A stretch of 64,000 bases of DNA, from the sequence record NC_048173.1; one strand, 5' to 3'. Positions 38,193 to 46,928 of this stretch are shown here, piece after piece. The first letter of the stretch is position 1. Every line of letters begins with the position of its first letter. The translations under genes and the position numbers were made by a program. A model generated the notes under the pieces. The model was not told where the DNA came from. It did no database searches and saw only the letters and a program-made list of their open reading frames with translations.

Positions 38193-38452
38193 GAAAGAAA
38201 AAGTCGCCAGTTGAGCGCACCAATCTCACGGTACGTTTGGCAAAAAAAGCCGACATGTCGAAAAGCGAGATTTTTTCAGCGGAGCAGTGGGAAGAGTTAA
38301 AAAAGCTTCGTCCGAATATTCCGGGTTCTATTTTAGTGCAGCATGCTCTTCTTCATTACGCAAAAACGTTACCGTCACTGCTGATTGAAGAGCACGAAAA
38401 AGAGCTGGAAAGACTGCATCAGGTTAAATATAAACTGACTAAGCTGGAGTAA
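38189..38452 (+). CDS. Small hypothetical protein (possible DNA binder with a coiled-coil tail)
   Basis: ATGA overlap with thyA; basic N-terminus. Confidence 0.65.
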   Translation: MRKKKSPVERTNLTVRLAKKADMSKSEIFSAEQWEELKKLRPNIPGSILVQHALLHYAKTLPSLLIEEHEKELERLHQVKYKLTKLE

Positions 38453-38454
38453 CG

Positions 38455-38634
38455 ATGGCTAGTGATAGACCGCCGCAAGAGATTCTAAATGAAATCCTTG
38501 CCGATTATAATGAGCGCGGACTTGAGCAAATCACATTGCACAGCACAGGCGAGTTTATTCACGTCTCTGCGGTCGATGTAAAGCGTAAGCGTGTCATTAA
38601 TACTCACGCCCGAACGGAGCCTAAACGCCGATGA
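38455..38634 (+). CDS. Hypothetical 59-aa protein, absent from the ORF track
   Basis: GGAG RBS; MASDRPPQEILNEIL...TEPKRR*; ATGA overlap with the next gene. Confidence 0.7.
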   Translation: MASDRPPQEILNEILADYNERGLEQITLHSTGEFIHVSAVDVKRKRVINTHARTEPKRR

Positions 38635-39347
38635 AGCGAATTCCGCAGATGGACCATAATGGTAAGTTATATTACCCGATTACCCTAATTGACAGTGAAG
38701 GGTATTTCGTCATCAACCGCATCAATTACCGTTTGGACTTAAAACGGCTGAAAGAGTTTCCCACGTTTCGTCGCAGGACACTGCGGGTAGAGCGTGGTCA
38801 CCCTACAGGTGGTTTGATTAACGAGCATCGTTTCAAGTGTATCGAAATCGAACGTGTCATTGGCAACTTGGACAACCTCACTATTGTTGGTGACAGTAAC
38901 CGTTCGTTCACGGTTAAGGCAGATTTCTACCCGAATCCTAAGATGTCCCCAACAGACCTGCGGATGTTTGAAGAAGGTCAGACTGACTTAGCAGTGCGGG
39001 CTATTGTTGACGCTGCGGGTAATATCGATGAAATCATTACATGGGATTTACTCCCTGTAGGGGAACCGATATTTCCACCGCGGGTAGGCGAACGCCCTCC
39101 GATTGACAAAGTCGTCTTCGTTAGTTCGAACAAAGGATTCACGTGGTTCCCCGCGAAGTTTCTCTGGGTAGGTGAAAAAACATTTGTGTGGCGTAATATG
39201 TTACCGGGCGCCGCCGCCGACGGCGAAAACACAAATAACAATCACCACACGTATTTCCTTTGGGCTGAGGCTATCCCTGAACTCGAATTGAAAACGTACT
39301 CAGGTAAAGACCGTCCGGACTATTTGCTTAGCAGGAGTGTTAAATAA
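38631..39347 (+). CDS. Hypothetical protein
   Basis: 238 aa, translationally coupled. Confidence 0.75.
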   Translation: MKRIPQMDHNGKLYYPITLIDSEGYFVINRINYRLDLKRLKEFPTFRRRTLRVERGHPTGGLINEHRFKCIEIERVIGNLDNLTIVGDSNRSFTVKADFYPNPKMSPTDLRMFEEGQTDLAVRAIVDAAGNIDEIITWDLLPVGEPIFPPRVGERPPIDKVVFVSSNKGFTWFPAKFLWVGEKTFVWRNMLPGAAADGENTNNNHHTYFLWAEAIPELELKTYSGKDRPDYLLSRSVK

Positions 39348-39835
39348 TGCTAATTAAAGAACTCGATGGCCGTATCAACTTTATCGATAAAAACGATAAC
39401 TTTGTCGGTATCGAGCACCAGAAACAACACCACGGTCTGTGCACGTTCGACTGGTGGTTCACTGATGATGAACGTGAGATTGGTACCCTGAAGCCACGCG
39501 AAGACCGCCTTATGCTCCGCGATGGTAGCACCGTTGATGTTAATGAGTTGGTATTCGATACGCGTTCGGATATCTTTCAAGGTAAACTGGTGCTGAAAGG
39601 CGTCAGTAATAAACACCCGATGATGGGCGAACGTGAAGAGCTTGAAACCAAGCACTACATCATTGCCGTTAAGGTGCGTGACCAGTATGATATTGAACAT
39701 TGGCTGGTAATGACCAACAACCATAACGGCTGGTACAGTCTCGGCTGGAAATCCAATCTGATTCCCGGCGAAGTTAACATTGACGACAGCAACTTCTATC
39801 AGGAAGACTGTGACGGTAATACGCTGGGGATTTAA
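39347..39835 (+). CDS. Hypothetical protein
   Basis: AGGAG RBS, TAATG overlap. Confidence 0.75.
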   Translation: MLIKELDGRINFIDKNDNFVGIEHQKQHHGLCTFDWWFTDDEREIGTLKPREDRLMLRDGSTVDVNELVFDTRSDIFQGKLVLKGVSNKHPMMGEREELETKHYIIAVKVRDQYDIEHWLVMTNNHNGWYSLGWKSNLIPGEVNIDDSNFYQEDCDGNTLGI

Positions 39836-40369
39836 ATGAGCGATAAAATTGTACAGTTTACCCCACGCCCTGCGAACGGGCCAGTGGCAGACAAACCGGC
39901 AGTCGAGGGTGATGGGGTAGTGGCTGAGTTTAAAGACTACGACACCGGCCGTATCGAAGTGCCTCAGGCGGATGGGTCAACCAAGTCGATTATCTTCAGT
40001 CTCGATATGGTCGATTGGTGGATGGCGTTGTCTGAGCGTTTCATCGCCACTATGCCGGAAGGTCCGTACGGTCGAGCCTTCGTTGGGTTGAACAAACTCG
40101 AGCATGCCTGCACGGACGTCTTTACGAACCGTAAGCGTCATCTCGAAATGGAAATCACCCGCCAGCAGTTTGAGCAGTTTGTTCAGGCGGTGCCGTGTCA
40201 ACTAATGGAAACCGAACATCGTACCTGTCAGTTGAGTGTGGCGGAGTTTGCTATTAAGTATGCAGAAGACACAGTCTGCGCTAAAAACATTCCGGCTGAC
40301 CTCGTGTCTGCCATTTTCCTCTATCAAGTGGACGGCGAGCGTTTCCGTCTCCACTACGTTGAACAGTAA
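39836..40369 (+). CDS. Hypothetical protein
   Basis: 177 aa, abutting the upstream stop. Confidence 0.75.
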   Translation: MSDKIVQFTPRPANGPVADKPAVEGDGVVAEFKDYDTGRIEVPQADGSTKSIIFSLDMVDWWMALSERFIATMPEGPYGRAFVGLNKLEHACTDVFTNRKRHLEMEITRQQFEQFVQAVPCQLMETEHRTCQLSVAEFAIKYAEDTVCAKNIPADLVSAIFLYQVDGERFRLHYVEQ

Positions 40370-40378
40370 GGGTTTACA

Positions 40379-40639
40379 ATGTCAGAACTGAATACACAAC
40401 AAGCAGTCGACGGTATCAAGCAAGATATCATTAAGTCTTACGAAGGTCGCGCCACCTCCCTGACAGGTGACCCGGTTGATATTGGTAATCGCGGCATGAC
40501 CAATGTCCATATTCCGTGCGATGATCCGCCGTTCGATATGGACACCATTCCCGGTCTCGATCCTGAAGCGTTAGCGCCTAATGGTGTTGATGCGGCTGCT
40601 GATGATTCTGGCTGCGAGGGTGGCGCATGCAAGATTTAA
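40379..40639 (+). CDS. 86-aa protein ending in an NrdA-like C-terminal redox tail (CxxxxC)
   Basis: TAAGGG RBS; acidic Pro-rich linker then DDSGCEGGACKI*, compared with E. coli NrdA DDGCESGACKI*. Confidence 0.8.
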   Translation: MSELNTQQAVDGIKQDIIKSYEGRATSLTGDPVDIGNRGMTNVHIPCDDPPFDMDTIPGLDPEALAPNGVDAAADDSGCEGGACKI

Positions 40640-41094
40640 AATCGGATAATGATGTTGGCACGCAGCTGTTGCAGCATCTGATTGCAAATGCTGACGATGG
40701 GCAGGTCACATTTTACGGTGCAGGGCGTGTTAAAGTAACACGTCTAATCGCGAAAGAAATGCCCGCGATTTGCTGGGAGCACGTGTCTGACAATATTTTT
40801 ACCCAACGAGTCATTGTTTGCGCTGCTCTGCGTTATCCGGACTTAGGGATTGTTATCCCGGGAGCACGACACTATAGCCCTGACATTAAACGACTGTTGG
40901 ATCGATTGCAGGAGCTGGGTGTGATGCCGCCGAAGAAACAACAAGTGACCGGCGATAATCAAGGTTTCGTCGATAACTTTGGTAATTACTGGAACCGCGA
41001 GCAATCCTTTATCATTGCAACACATGCCGGTCAGTTAACCGGGAAAGATAAGTGCGGCAGTGAAAGCGACCTCTTCTCTGAAGACCTGTATTAA
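40627..41094 (+). CDS. Conserved phage hypothetical protein
   Basis: GARH...QGFVD..G.YWNRE...IA..AGQL...LFSEDLY pattern recalled from many phages. Confidence 0.8.
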   Translation: MQDLKSDNDVGTQLLQHLIANADDGQVTFYGAGRVKVTRLIAKEMPAICWEHVSDNIFTQRVIVCAALRYPDLGIVIPGARHYSPDIKRLLDRLQELGVMPPKKQQVTGDNQGFVDNFGNYWNREQSFIIATHAGQLTGKDKCGSESDLFSEDLY

Positions 41095-41098
41095 TCTC

Positions 41099-41125
41099 AC
41101 CCCGCTTCGGCGGGGTTTTACTTTT
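41099..41125 (+). terminator. Rho-independent terminator
   Basis: ACCCCGC-TTCG-GCGGGGT plus T tract. Confidence 0.8.
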
Positions 41126-41127
41126 AA

Positions 41128-42027
41128 ATGGAAATAACGAAAATGACTCGTCAGACTTTTCAAGTACCCGTAGCGTACACCATCATCAAACCGACCGACG
41201 GTGTAATGGGTGACCTTATCCCTTCCATCAACAAATGGTCAGCGCAGAAAGCCGCACACCTTGCTGGCCCGGGTGTGAAACTGGAAGCACTGTACGAAAT
41301 CGCCATCAACAACGAAACTAAGCAGTGGCGTATCTCCGGTCGCGAAGCTATTAATGGTGATGTGTGGTTCTGGATGCCACCAACCGCGTTGGTGTTTGAA
41401 CACGAAGTTGTGGGACAAACTGCCTACCCGCGTGATGTGCCGCTGTTCACTATTGCTGAGTGCGTGGATAACGTAGTTGGCTGGTCTACCGCCCGTGGTA
41501 TACTGGAAAACGGCCGTTGGGCTACCCAGGTCACCAAGTTCTACGAAGAAGACGGCGAAGCGGCAACCGGTATTAGCAAAACCAAACGCCAGTACATCAT
41601 GGATGGTATCGGTGATGCGCTGGTTGTGATGGTGAACGTAATCAGTCTGGCCGGTGGTAATGCGAAAGCTATCGCGTTAGAAGTAGAGCGCCTGCCTGAG
41701 CGTCTGCTGCCGTATCCGTCTGGCGATGCCCACCGCCTGTTCCACAAAATGCGTCTGTATTCAACCCTGATGCACGAAGCGCTGTACATCGGCTGCGACC
41801 TGCTGGGCCAGCACGACGGTAAAGGCTATCAGCTAGACACCCGTCAGGACGACATTTATCGTGAGTTCGAGAAAAACATGCGTGAAGCCATCTGCTATGC
41901 GAATGCGCTGGCTAGTGCGTACGACATGACGCTGGAACAATGCTTCTCTCTGGCGTGGGACGAAATCAAAGACCGTAAAGGTTTCTTGAACGCCGACGGT
42001 ATCTTTATCAAAGAAGCTGACGCGTAA
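41128..42027 (+). CDS. MazG-like NTP pyrophosphohydrolase fused to an unknown N-terminal domain
   Basis: GWSTARGI, KFYEEDGEA, DGIGDALVV, LEQCFSLAWDEIKDRKG...GIFIKE. Confidence 0.8.
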   Translation: MEITKMTRQTFQVPVAYTIIKPTDGVMGDLIPSINKWSAQKAAHLAGPGVKLEALYEIAINNETKQWRISGREAINGDVWFWMPPTALVFEHEVVGQTAYPRDVPLFTIAECVDNVVGWSTARGILENGRWATQVTKFYEEDGEAATGISKTKRQYIMDGIGDALVVMVNVISLAGGNAKAIALEVERLPERLLPYPSGDAHRLFHKMRLYSTLMHEALYIGCDLLGQHDGKGYQLDTRQDDIYREFEKNMREAICYANALASAYDMTLEQCFSLAWDEIKDRKGFLNADGIFIKEADA

Positions 42028-42092
42028 AAACAACAATAACAACTGGGCGATGCGTTATGTGTCGCCCCTTTTATTTTTTTGAGGATTCAACG

Positions 42093-43505
42093 ATGAATAT
42101 CATCATGGAGTGGTATAACCTCCTGACTGAATCAATGAAAGCGTACCCTGCTCTACAAGCAGCTTTCTTAACGGTGATGTCTGGCGGTGTAATGGCAGCA
42201 GTGGGTTTTGCTTTAGTGCGTATGCCTCGCTCTGTCGCCACCTTCTTTCGTAATCAGTGCCTCACTTCTTTAGTCTTCAACACAGCCTCATCCGGTTGGT
42301 CGGACTACAACCAGATGCAATACGTCGCCTTCATTAAGTGGTTCTCTAAGAATCGCTGGTTCGGTTGGTCGCGTACCATTACTTTTGATTCAGACGGTCG
42401 CAAAGATGGCGACGGTGTCGGGCCGGGGTTAGGTCGTCACTTCTTCTTCCATAACTGGCGTCTGTTTATCTTCGCGATTCACGAGATGGACTCACAAGGC
42501 ACAAACAGTCAGAAATATAAAGTCAGTCTGTCATGTGTGGGTCGCTCGAAGAAACCAATTTACGCGGTGATGGAAGAGTTCATGGTCAAACCCGACCGTG
42601 AGAATCGCATCGGGGTTTACCGCAACGGTACGGATGGGTGGAACTGGGTCACCTATGCGAACAAGCGTTCTCTGCGCTCGGTGATTATGTCGCCGGAGCT
42701 GGAAGAGCAGCTGGTTGGTTCCATGACCAACTTCATTAACAACGAAGCATGGTACCGTGAACGCGGACTGAACTACAAGCTGACCTATCTGCTCTACGGC
42801 CCTCCGGGTACCGGTAAGAGTTCACTGGGGCGCGCGTTGGCTTCCCACTTTAACCGTGACCTGTATATCCTCAGCCTGTCGGAATCCTCAGACCTACTCA
42901 CCTTGTTGCAAAACGCCAAGGGTGGGATGGTGTTGATTGAAGATATCGATGGGTTCAGTGCAGCTCGTAAACGTTCTGCTAAGAAGAACCAGCTCGAGTC
43001 ACCGAAGTCGTCTGTGCAACCAATACAGTTCGATGGTAACGGGGAGCAGATTGCAGACTCGCAGTCGCCTTCTAAGAACCTCGAAGACATCATGGCTGAA
43101 TGGGGTGGGATGAACACGTCGGCTCTACTCAATGCGTTGGACGGCGTTGTAGGGTTGGATGACGTCATTATCCTCCTGTCAACTAATCATCCAGAGAAAC
43201 TCGACCCGGCACTGATTCGTGATGGTCGTGTGGACATCCGTGTGGAAGTTGGCTTCCTGCGTTCTGCTGAGATTCGTCGCTACATTAACTTGTTCTTCCC
43301 GGACTATGTAATCCCGGAAGGTATGGTCTTTGCCGACATGCCGGGTTGTACTGTGCAGCGCCACTTCATGGAGAACAAAAACAACCCTGAAGGTTTTGTC
43401 AATGCTTTGTTGGGTACAACCGCTGGCGGTTCAGTAACTACCAGTCCGATTCGTCCGGAGATGGCTTTCGCTTCTCCTAACTACAAAGAGGCGGTAAATG
43501 GTTAG
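42093..43505 (+). CDS. BCS1-like membrane-anchored AAA+ ATPase
   Basis: N-terminal TM; YLLYGPPGTGKSS, LIEDID, SALLNALDG, TNHPEKLDPALIRDGRVD. Confidence 0.85.
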   Translation: MNIIMEWYNLLTESMKAYPALQAAFLTVMSGGVMAAVGFALVRMPRSVATFFRNQCLTSLVFNTASSGWSDYNQMQYVAFIKWFSKNRWFGWSRTITFDSDGRKDGDGVGPGLGRHFFFHNWRLFIFAIHEMDSQGTNSQKYKVSLSCVGRSKKPIYAVMEEFMVKPDRENRIGVYRNGTDGWNWVTYANKRSLRSVIMSPELEEQLVGSMTNFINNEAWYRERGLNYKLTYLLYGPPGTGKSSLGRALASHFNRDLYILSLSESSDLLTLLQNAKGGMVLIEDIDGFSAARKRSAKKNQLESPKSSVQPIQFDGNGEQIADSQSPSKNLEDIMAEWGGMNTSALLNALDGVVGLDDVIILLSTNHPEKLDPALIRDGRVDIRVEVGFLRSAEIRRYINLFFPDYVIPEGMVFADMPGCTVQRHFMENKNNPEGFVNALLGTTAGGSVTTSPIRPEMAFASPNYKEAVNG

Positions 43506-43722
43506 ATACGAGTTCTGGGCACTCGCTGAACTGTGTGCGTACGTTATCATCGCGCTCGGTTTGCTCTGTGTTGCTATCCCAGCAGTCTTACTGATGCTCG
43601 GTTATGGCGTGCAGGGTTATTTCGAGGACAAAAGACTGGATACCCGTAAGCAGTTGGGTATTCGCTGGCGTGAACGTAACCGGGCGTCTGGGCAAGCGCT
43701 GTGTGGAAAACGACCCAGTTAA
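43498..43722 (+). CDS. Small membrane protein
   Basis: GAGG RBS; long hydrophobic stretch and basic tail. Confidence 0.7.
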   Translation: MVRYEFWALAELCAYVIIALGLLCVAIPAVLLMLGYGVQGYFEDKRLDTRKQLGIRWRERNRASGQALCGKRPS

Positions 43723-43770
43723 GCCTACCTTATGAGGCCACAACCGTGGTGCCTATTAGAGGAATCTCCC

Positions 43771-44259
43771 ATGGATAACATCGACTTGACTCAACTCGAG
43801 TCACACGACTACGACCTCGGGGTTCGAGATGAGGCTGGTGCGACAGCGGAAACTTTACTGGCCCGCTACCATGAGCTATTTACTGGTACCGACGGTGGTG
43901 ACCAAGTATTGTCGAATTTCGAGAAGCTGTTAATTGCGCTGGTACGCAGTGACGGTGAAAACTCTGCCATGCTGACCGAACTCGGCTTTGGCGATCTGTT
44001 TGCAACTGACCTTCAGGCTATCCTGCAACAAGCCATCGTCCCGACGGACGAGATCCAGGATAAAGCGATGGTGCTACGTGGGCAGCTCGAAGAGTTGGCT
44101 GACGAGTATGCTGAACATCTGAGTGGGTTAAACACTCACGGTCCACGCGGGGAACAGTTGCCCAGTGAAGAACAGACTGCTGCCTACAAACGCCGCTTAG
44201 CGTTGTACGTGGTGGCTTCTTTGCTGACGGCTATTCCTGACGACCCGGATGATGCGTAA
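43771..44259 (+). CDS. Hypothetical acidic protein
   Basis: GAGGA RBS before ATG 43771. Confidence 0.75.
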   Translation: MDNIDLTQLESHDYDLGVRDEAGATAETLLARYHELFTGTDGGDQVLSNFEKLLIALVRSDGENSAMLTELGFGDLFATDLQAILQQAIVPTDEIQDKAMVLRGQLEELADEYAEHLSGLNTHGPRGEQLPSEEQTAAYKRRLALYVVASLLTAIPDDPDDA

Positions 44260-44267
44260 AGTTTTTA

Positions 44268-44290
44268 CAGATAGATATTATCTGTATGAA
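44268..44290 (+). promoter_or_regulatory. Putative early promoter, copy 4
   Basis: CAGATAGATATTATCTGTATGAA aligns to copies 1-3; also contains the inverted repeat TACAGATA/TATCTGTA. Confidence 0.6.
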
Positions 44291-44325
44291 CCAAACACAT
44301 AAACCTTTTAAATGGAGTATTTCAG

Positions 44326-44658
44326 ATGCAAGAACTGATTAAGATTGTTGGCCTGCTTCCGGTGAAAGATGGCAAATCTGAACTGCGCATTCTGGCAGTA
44401 AAAGGTGGCGAGTTCACCATCGCAGCTGACCCGAAAGGGGAAGTTGGTGGTCTGACCGGTATTCGTGAGTTTACCATCGAATCCCCGACTCTGAAAAAGC
44501 TCGGTATCAAAGCCAACGAATCTGCGTATCTGGTTGCGGACGAATCGGCTATCGATAACGCCTACGATCTCGAATACACCGCGCCGGCTAAAAAGGTTGC
44601 ATCTGAATCTGTTGGTAAAGGCCGCAGTGCGACCCCGAACTTCAGCATTCAGCGTTAA
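44326..44658 (+). CDS. Hypothetical 110-aa protein, probably highly expressed early
   Basis: GGAG RBS; codon bias similar to the capsid gene; own promoter and terminator. Confidence 0.8.
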   Translation: MQELIKIVGLLPVKDGKSELRILAVKGGEFTIAADPKGEVGGLTGIREFTIESPTLKKLGIKANESAYLVADESAIDNAYDLEYTAPAKKVASESVGKGRSATPNFSIQR

Positions 44659-44666
44659 GCAGTAAA

Positions 44667-44706
44667 TAGGTAGTCCTTCGGGGCTACCTAGCTCTTTATT
44701 ATTTTT
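44667..44706 (+). terminator. Rho-independent terminator
   Basis: TAGGTAGTCC-TTCG-GGGCTACCTA plus T tract. Confidence 0.85.
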
Positions 44707-44722
44707 TCGTGGAGTATTCAGA

Positions 44723-45226
44723 ATGACAACGGTATTCGTTTGTAACGACTTTATCGTCGCTGACCGTGTGTTAACCCGGGGCGATGAAACCATACACACC
44801 GACTTTCAAAAGCTGCATGTGAACCGGGACAAAACTATTGCCATCGCAGTGGTGGGTAACGTGAACTTCCGTAACCATCACAAGACAGCGGCCGACCATT
44901 TCTTTAAGGTGGTCGAGCAGCGTTACGTCGGCATCCCTGAACCGGTACTCTCTAAGAACGATGTCTCGGTGTTGGGTGACCTGCAGCTCTATGTACTCAC
45001 AGCACTGGATGTGTTCGTCATTACCCGTGACCAGAATGTACAGTGGGTCGCAGACGGGCAGGTAGAAGGTGCCGGTACCGGCTTCCCATTAGCGTGCGCG
45101 GCGTACTCATTAGGCGCAAAGCCAGAACACATCATTCCTCTGACGGCGAAGATTGACCCCATGTCTTCGCGGACTTTCAACATCGTTTACCGTAACGAAC
45201 TCAAACGCATCGCACTGAGGAAGTAA
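44723..45226 (+). CDS. HslV/proteasome-beta-like Ntn peptidase
   Basis: N-terminal M-T-T, IVAD, a Lys near position 30, GAGTGFPLA..YSLGA, AKIDPMSS. Confidence 0.7.
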   Translation: MTTVFVCNDFIVADRVLTRGDETIHTDFQKLHVNRDKTIAIAVVGNVNFRNHHKTAADHFFKVVEQRYVGIPEPVLSKNDVSVLGDLQLYVLTALDVFVITRDQNVQWVADGQVEGAGTGFPLACAAYSLGAKPEHIIPLTAKIDPMSSRTFNIVYRNELKRIALRK

Positions 45227-45228
45227 CC

Positions 45229-45777
45229 ATGGATATCGCAGCTATTGTCACCAAGAAAGAACTCTTTATCCGTAGCGTTCACTGGGCGGCGGGCTTACCT
45301 CAGCCGCTGAATATGGACGTTTGCTACACCCCATACGGGTTCATTTTCCCGAGCAATAATTTCCAGCCTATCATTGACGCAATAAATACAAAACAGGTTG
45401 ATGCTATGTCGGAGTCGTTATACCGCTGGGTTGTGCTGACCCATGATAATGAACTGCGCTTTGGCCGTATCGGTCAAAACTTCTGGACACTGAATACAGT
45501 GTCTAAAGACCAGCGTTTTTACTGCTTTGCAGATGAGGCAGAGTCGCATTACTTAGCCGCGATGATTCATCTGATGTCGAGTAACGTGATTGAAGAAGAG
45601 ATGCAGTTGAAAGACACTGCTCCTCAGCTTATCCGTCGCTTGACGAAACACTGGCCACTGGTTGGTGACTACCTGAAATTTAACCGCAGCGAAATCGTTG
45701 CCGAACTGAACAAACGCTATCCTAATCCTGAAGAGCTTCTTTTCCATTCCCAATTCACACGAGTAATCAAAGACTAA
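45229..45777 (+). CDS. Hypothetical protein
   Basis: GAGG RBS, 182 aa. Confidence 0.75.
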   Translation: MDIAAIVTKKELFIRSVHWAAGLPQPLNMDVCYTPYGFIFPSNNFQPIIDAINTKQVDAMSESLYRWVVLTHDNELRFGRIGQNFWTLNTVSKDQRFYCFADEAESHYLAAMIHLMSSNVIEEEMQLKDTAPQLIRRLTKHWPLVGDYLKFNRSEIVAELNKRYPNPEELLFHSQFTRVIKD

Positions 45778-45778
45778 T

Positions 45779-46528
45779 ATGGCTAACAATAAATCTACCC
45801 GCAAAAAGAAACCTACCAACGGCAAGAATCGTGCAGCACATCACATGGTTCTGGCTATCAAAGCGGCTTACAACAAGCTGTTCTTCATGGGCTCCTCTAA
45901 CTGTCCGATTACGGCGTTCCGTGCTAACACGTTACGGGCGCACCTCAAACCCGCGGATGTGGAGTTGGCGATTCCTACCCTGCTCGACGAACTGCGCTTC
46001 TTCCCACGTGACTGGAACCTGTGGGTGGGTGTCTTCTGCGAGAAAGACGGTGAGCAGTATGTTGAAACGTCAGTTAGTAAGATGCCACAGTTTGTTATTA
46101 GCGACTTTTCCGATAACGCTGAGCAGATTGTTCGTGGGGTGATGGATGAAGATCATCTGGAGTACATGGTCGGGTATGCGTACATGGTTGCACCAAACGA
46201 TTATTACGACATGGCGACGATGTCTGATGAACTGTGTGACAAATGGGTGGAAGCGAAAATCTTCGACAAGTTTACACACCTGTCAGCAGACCTCCTCAAA
46301 CTGCGTGAGAACGATATCGCGGCAGCGTTCATGGGTTTACCGGGTTATGTCATGCAGTCCCGTGACCGTATCGTACAGAAGACCGTAGAGCGCTTAGAAG
46401 CCAAAGGCATCAAAGTCACTAACGACTTCGTTAACTCTCACTTTGACCAGAAAGAGATTGTCGAGGCATTAACACCGGGCGGGGTACAACGCAACCCGTT
46501 CAATGTTGATGACGGCGAAAAGCTCTAA
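45779..46528 (+). CDS. Hypothetical protein
   Basis: 249 aa, coupled to the upstream gene. Confidence 0.75.
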   Translation: MANNKSTRKKKPTNGKNRAAHHMVLAIKAAYNKLFFMGSSNCPITAFRANTLRAHLKPADVELAIPTLLDELRFFPRDWNLWVGVFCEKDGEQYVETSVSKMPQFVISDFSDNAEQIVRGVMDEDHLEYMVGYAYMVAPNDYYDMATMSDELCDKWVEAKIFDKFTHLSADLLKLRENDIAAAFMGLPGYVMQSRDRIVQKTVERLEAKGIKVTNDFVNSHFDQKEIVEALTPGGVQRNPFNVDDGEKL

Positions 46529-46542
46529 AAATTTACATTTAC

Positions 46543-46570
46543 ACCCCTTACTTTGTGTAAGGGGTTATTA
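46543..46570 (+). terminator. Terminator hairpin
   Basis: ACCCCTTAC-TTTGT-GTAAGGGGT. Confidence 0.6.
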
Positions 46571-46607
46571 CTGTTTTGCATGCAATAATAAAAATGAAGA
46601 GGATACG

Positions 46608-46928
46608 ATGAAAAAGAAACTGTTGCTACTTCTGCCGCTGATTGCGCTGGTAGGGTGTGATACAGCCCCGGTTAATGTTTATCAAGACCAGGCGTTACGT
46701 CGTCAGATTTTCAAAGAGTGTCTGGAGTCAATTCCGAAAGGTCCGGAAAAGATTGACAACTCGAATGACTGGCAGGAAGTGGTGGAAGAGTGTGGCGACC
46801 AAGCGGACAGAATGTCCTCTTTTAACGTTGAGATTCCGGGTAACCAATCCGGCTCCAGTTACTATTTCAACAACGATATTAAAAGTGGCGAAGAAAAGCC
46901 ACGCGATAGCTGGAAACGCTCACAATGA
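46608..46928 (+). CDS. Lipoprotein A
   Basis: MKKKLLLLLPLIALVG-C lipobox; GAGGA RBS. Confidence 0.8.
   Translation: MKKKLLLLLPLIALVGCDTAPVNVYQDQALRRQIFKECLESIPKGPEKIDNSNDWQEVVEECGDQADRMSSFNVEIPGNQSGSSYYFNNDIKSGEEKPRDSWKRSQ

Noticed and set aside
44308-44799. 163-aa minus-strand ORF
   Set aside because: Overlaps a + strand gene that has a promoter, RBS and terminator, and crosses that terminator; likely shadow.
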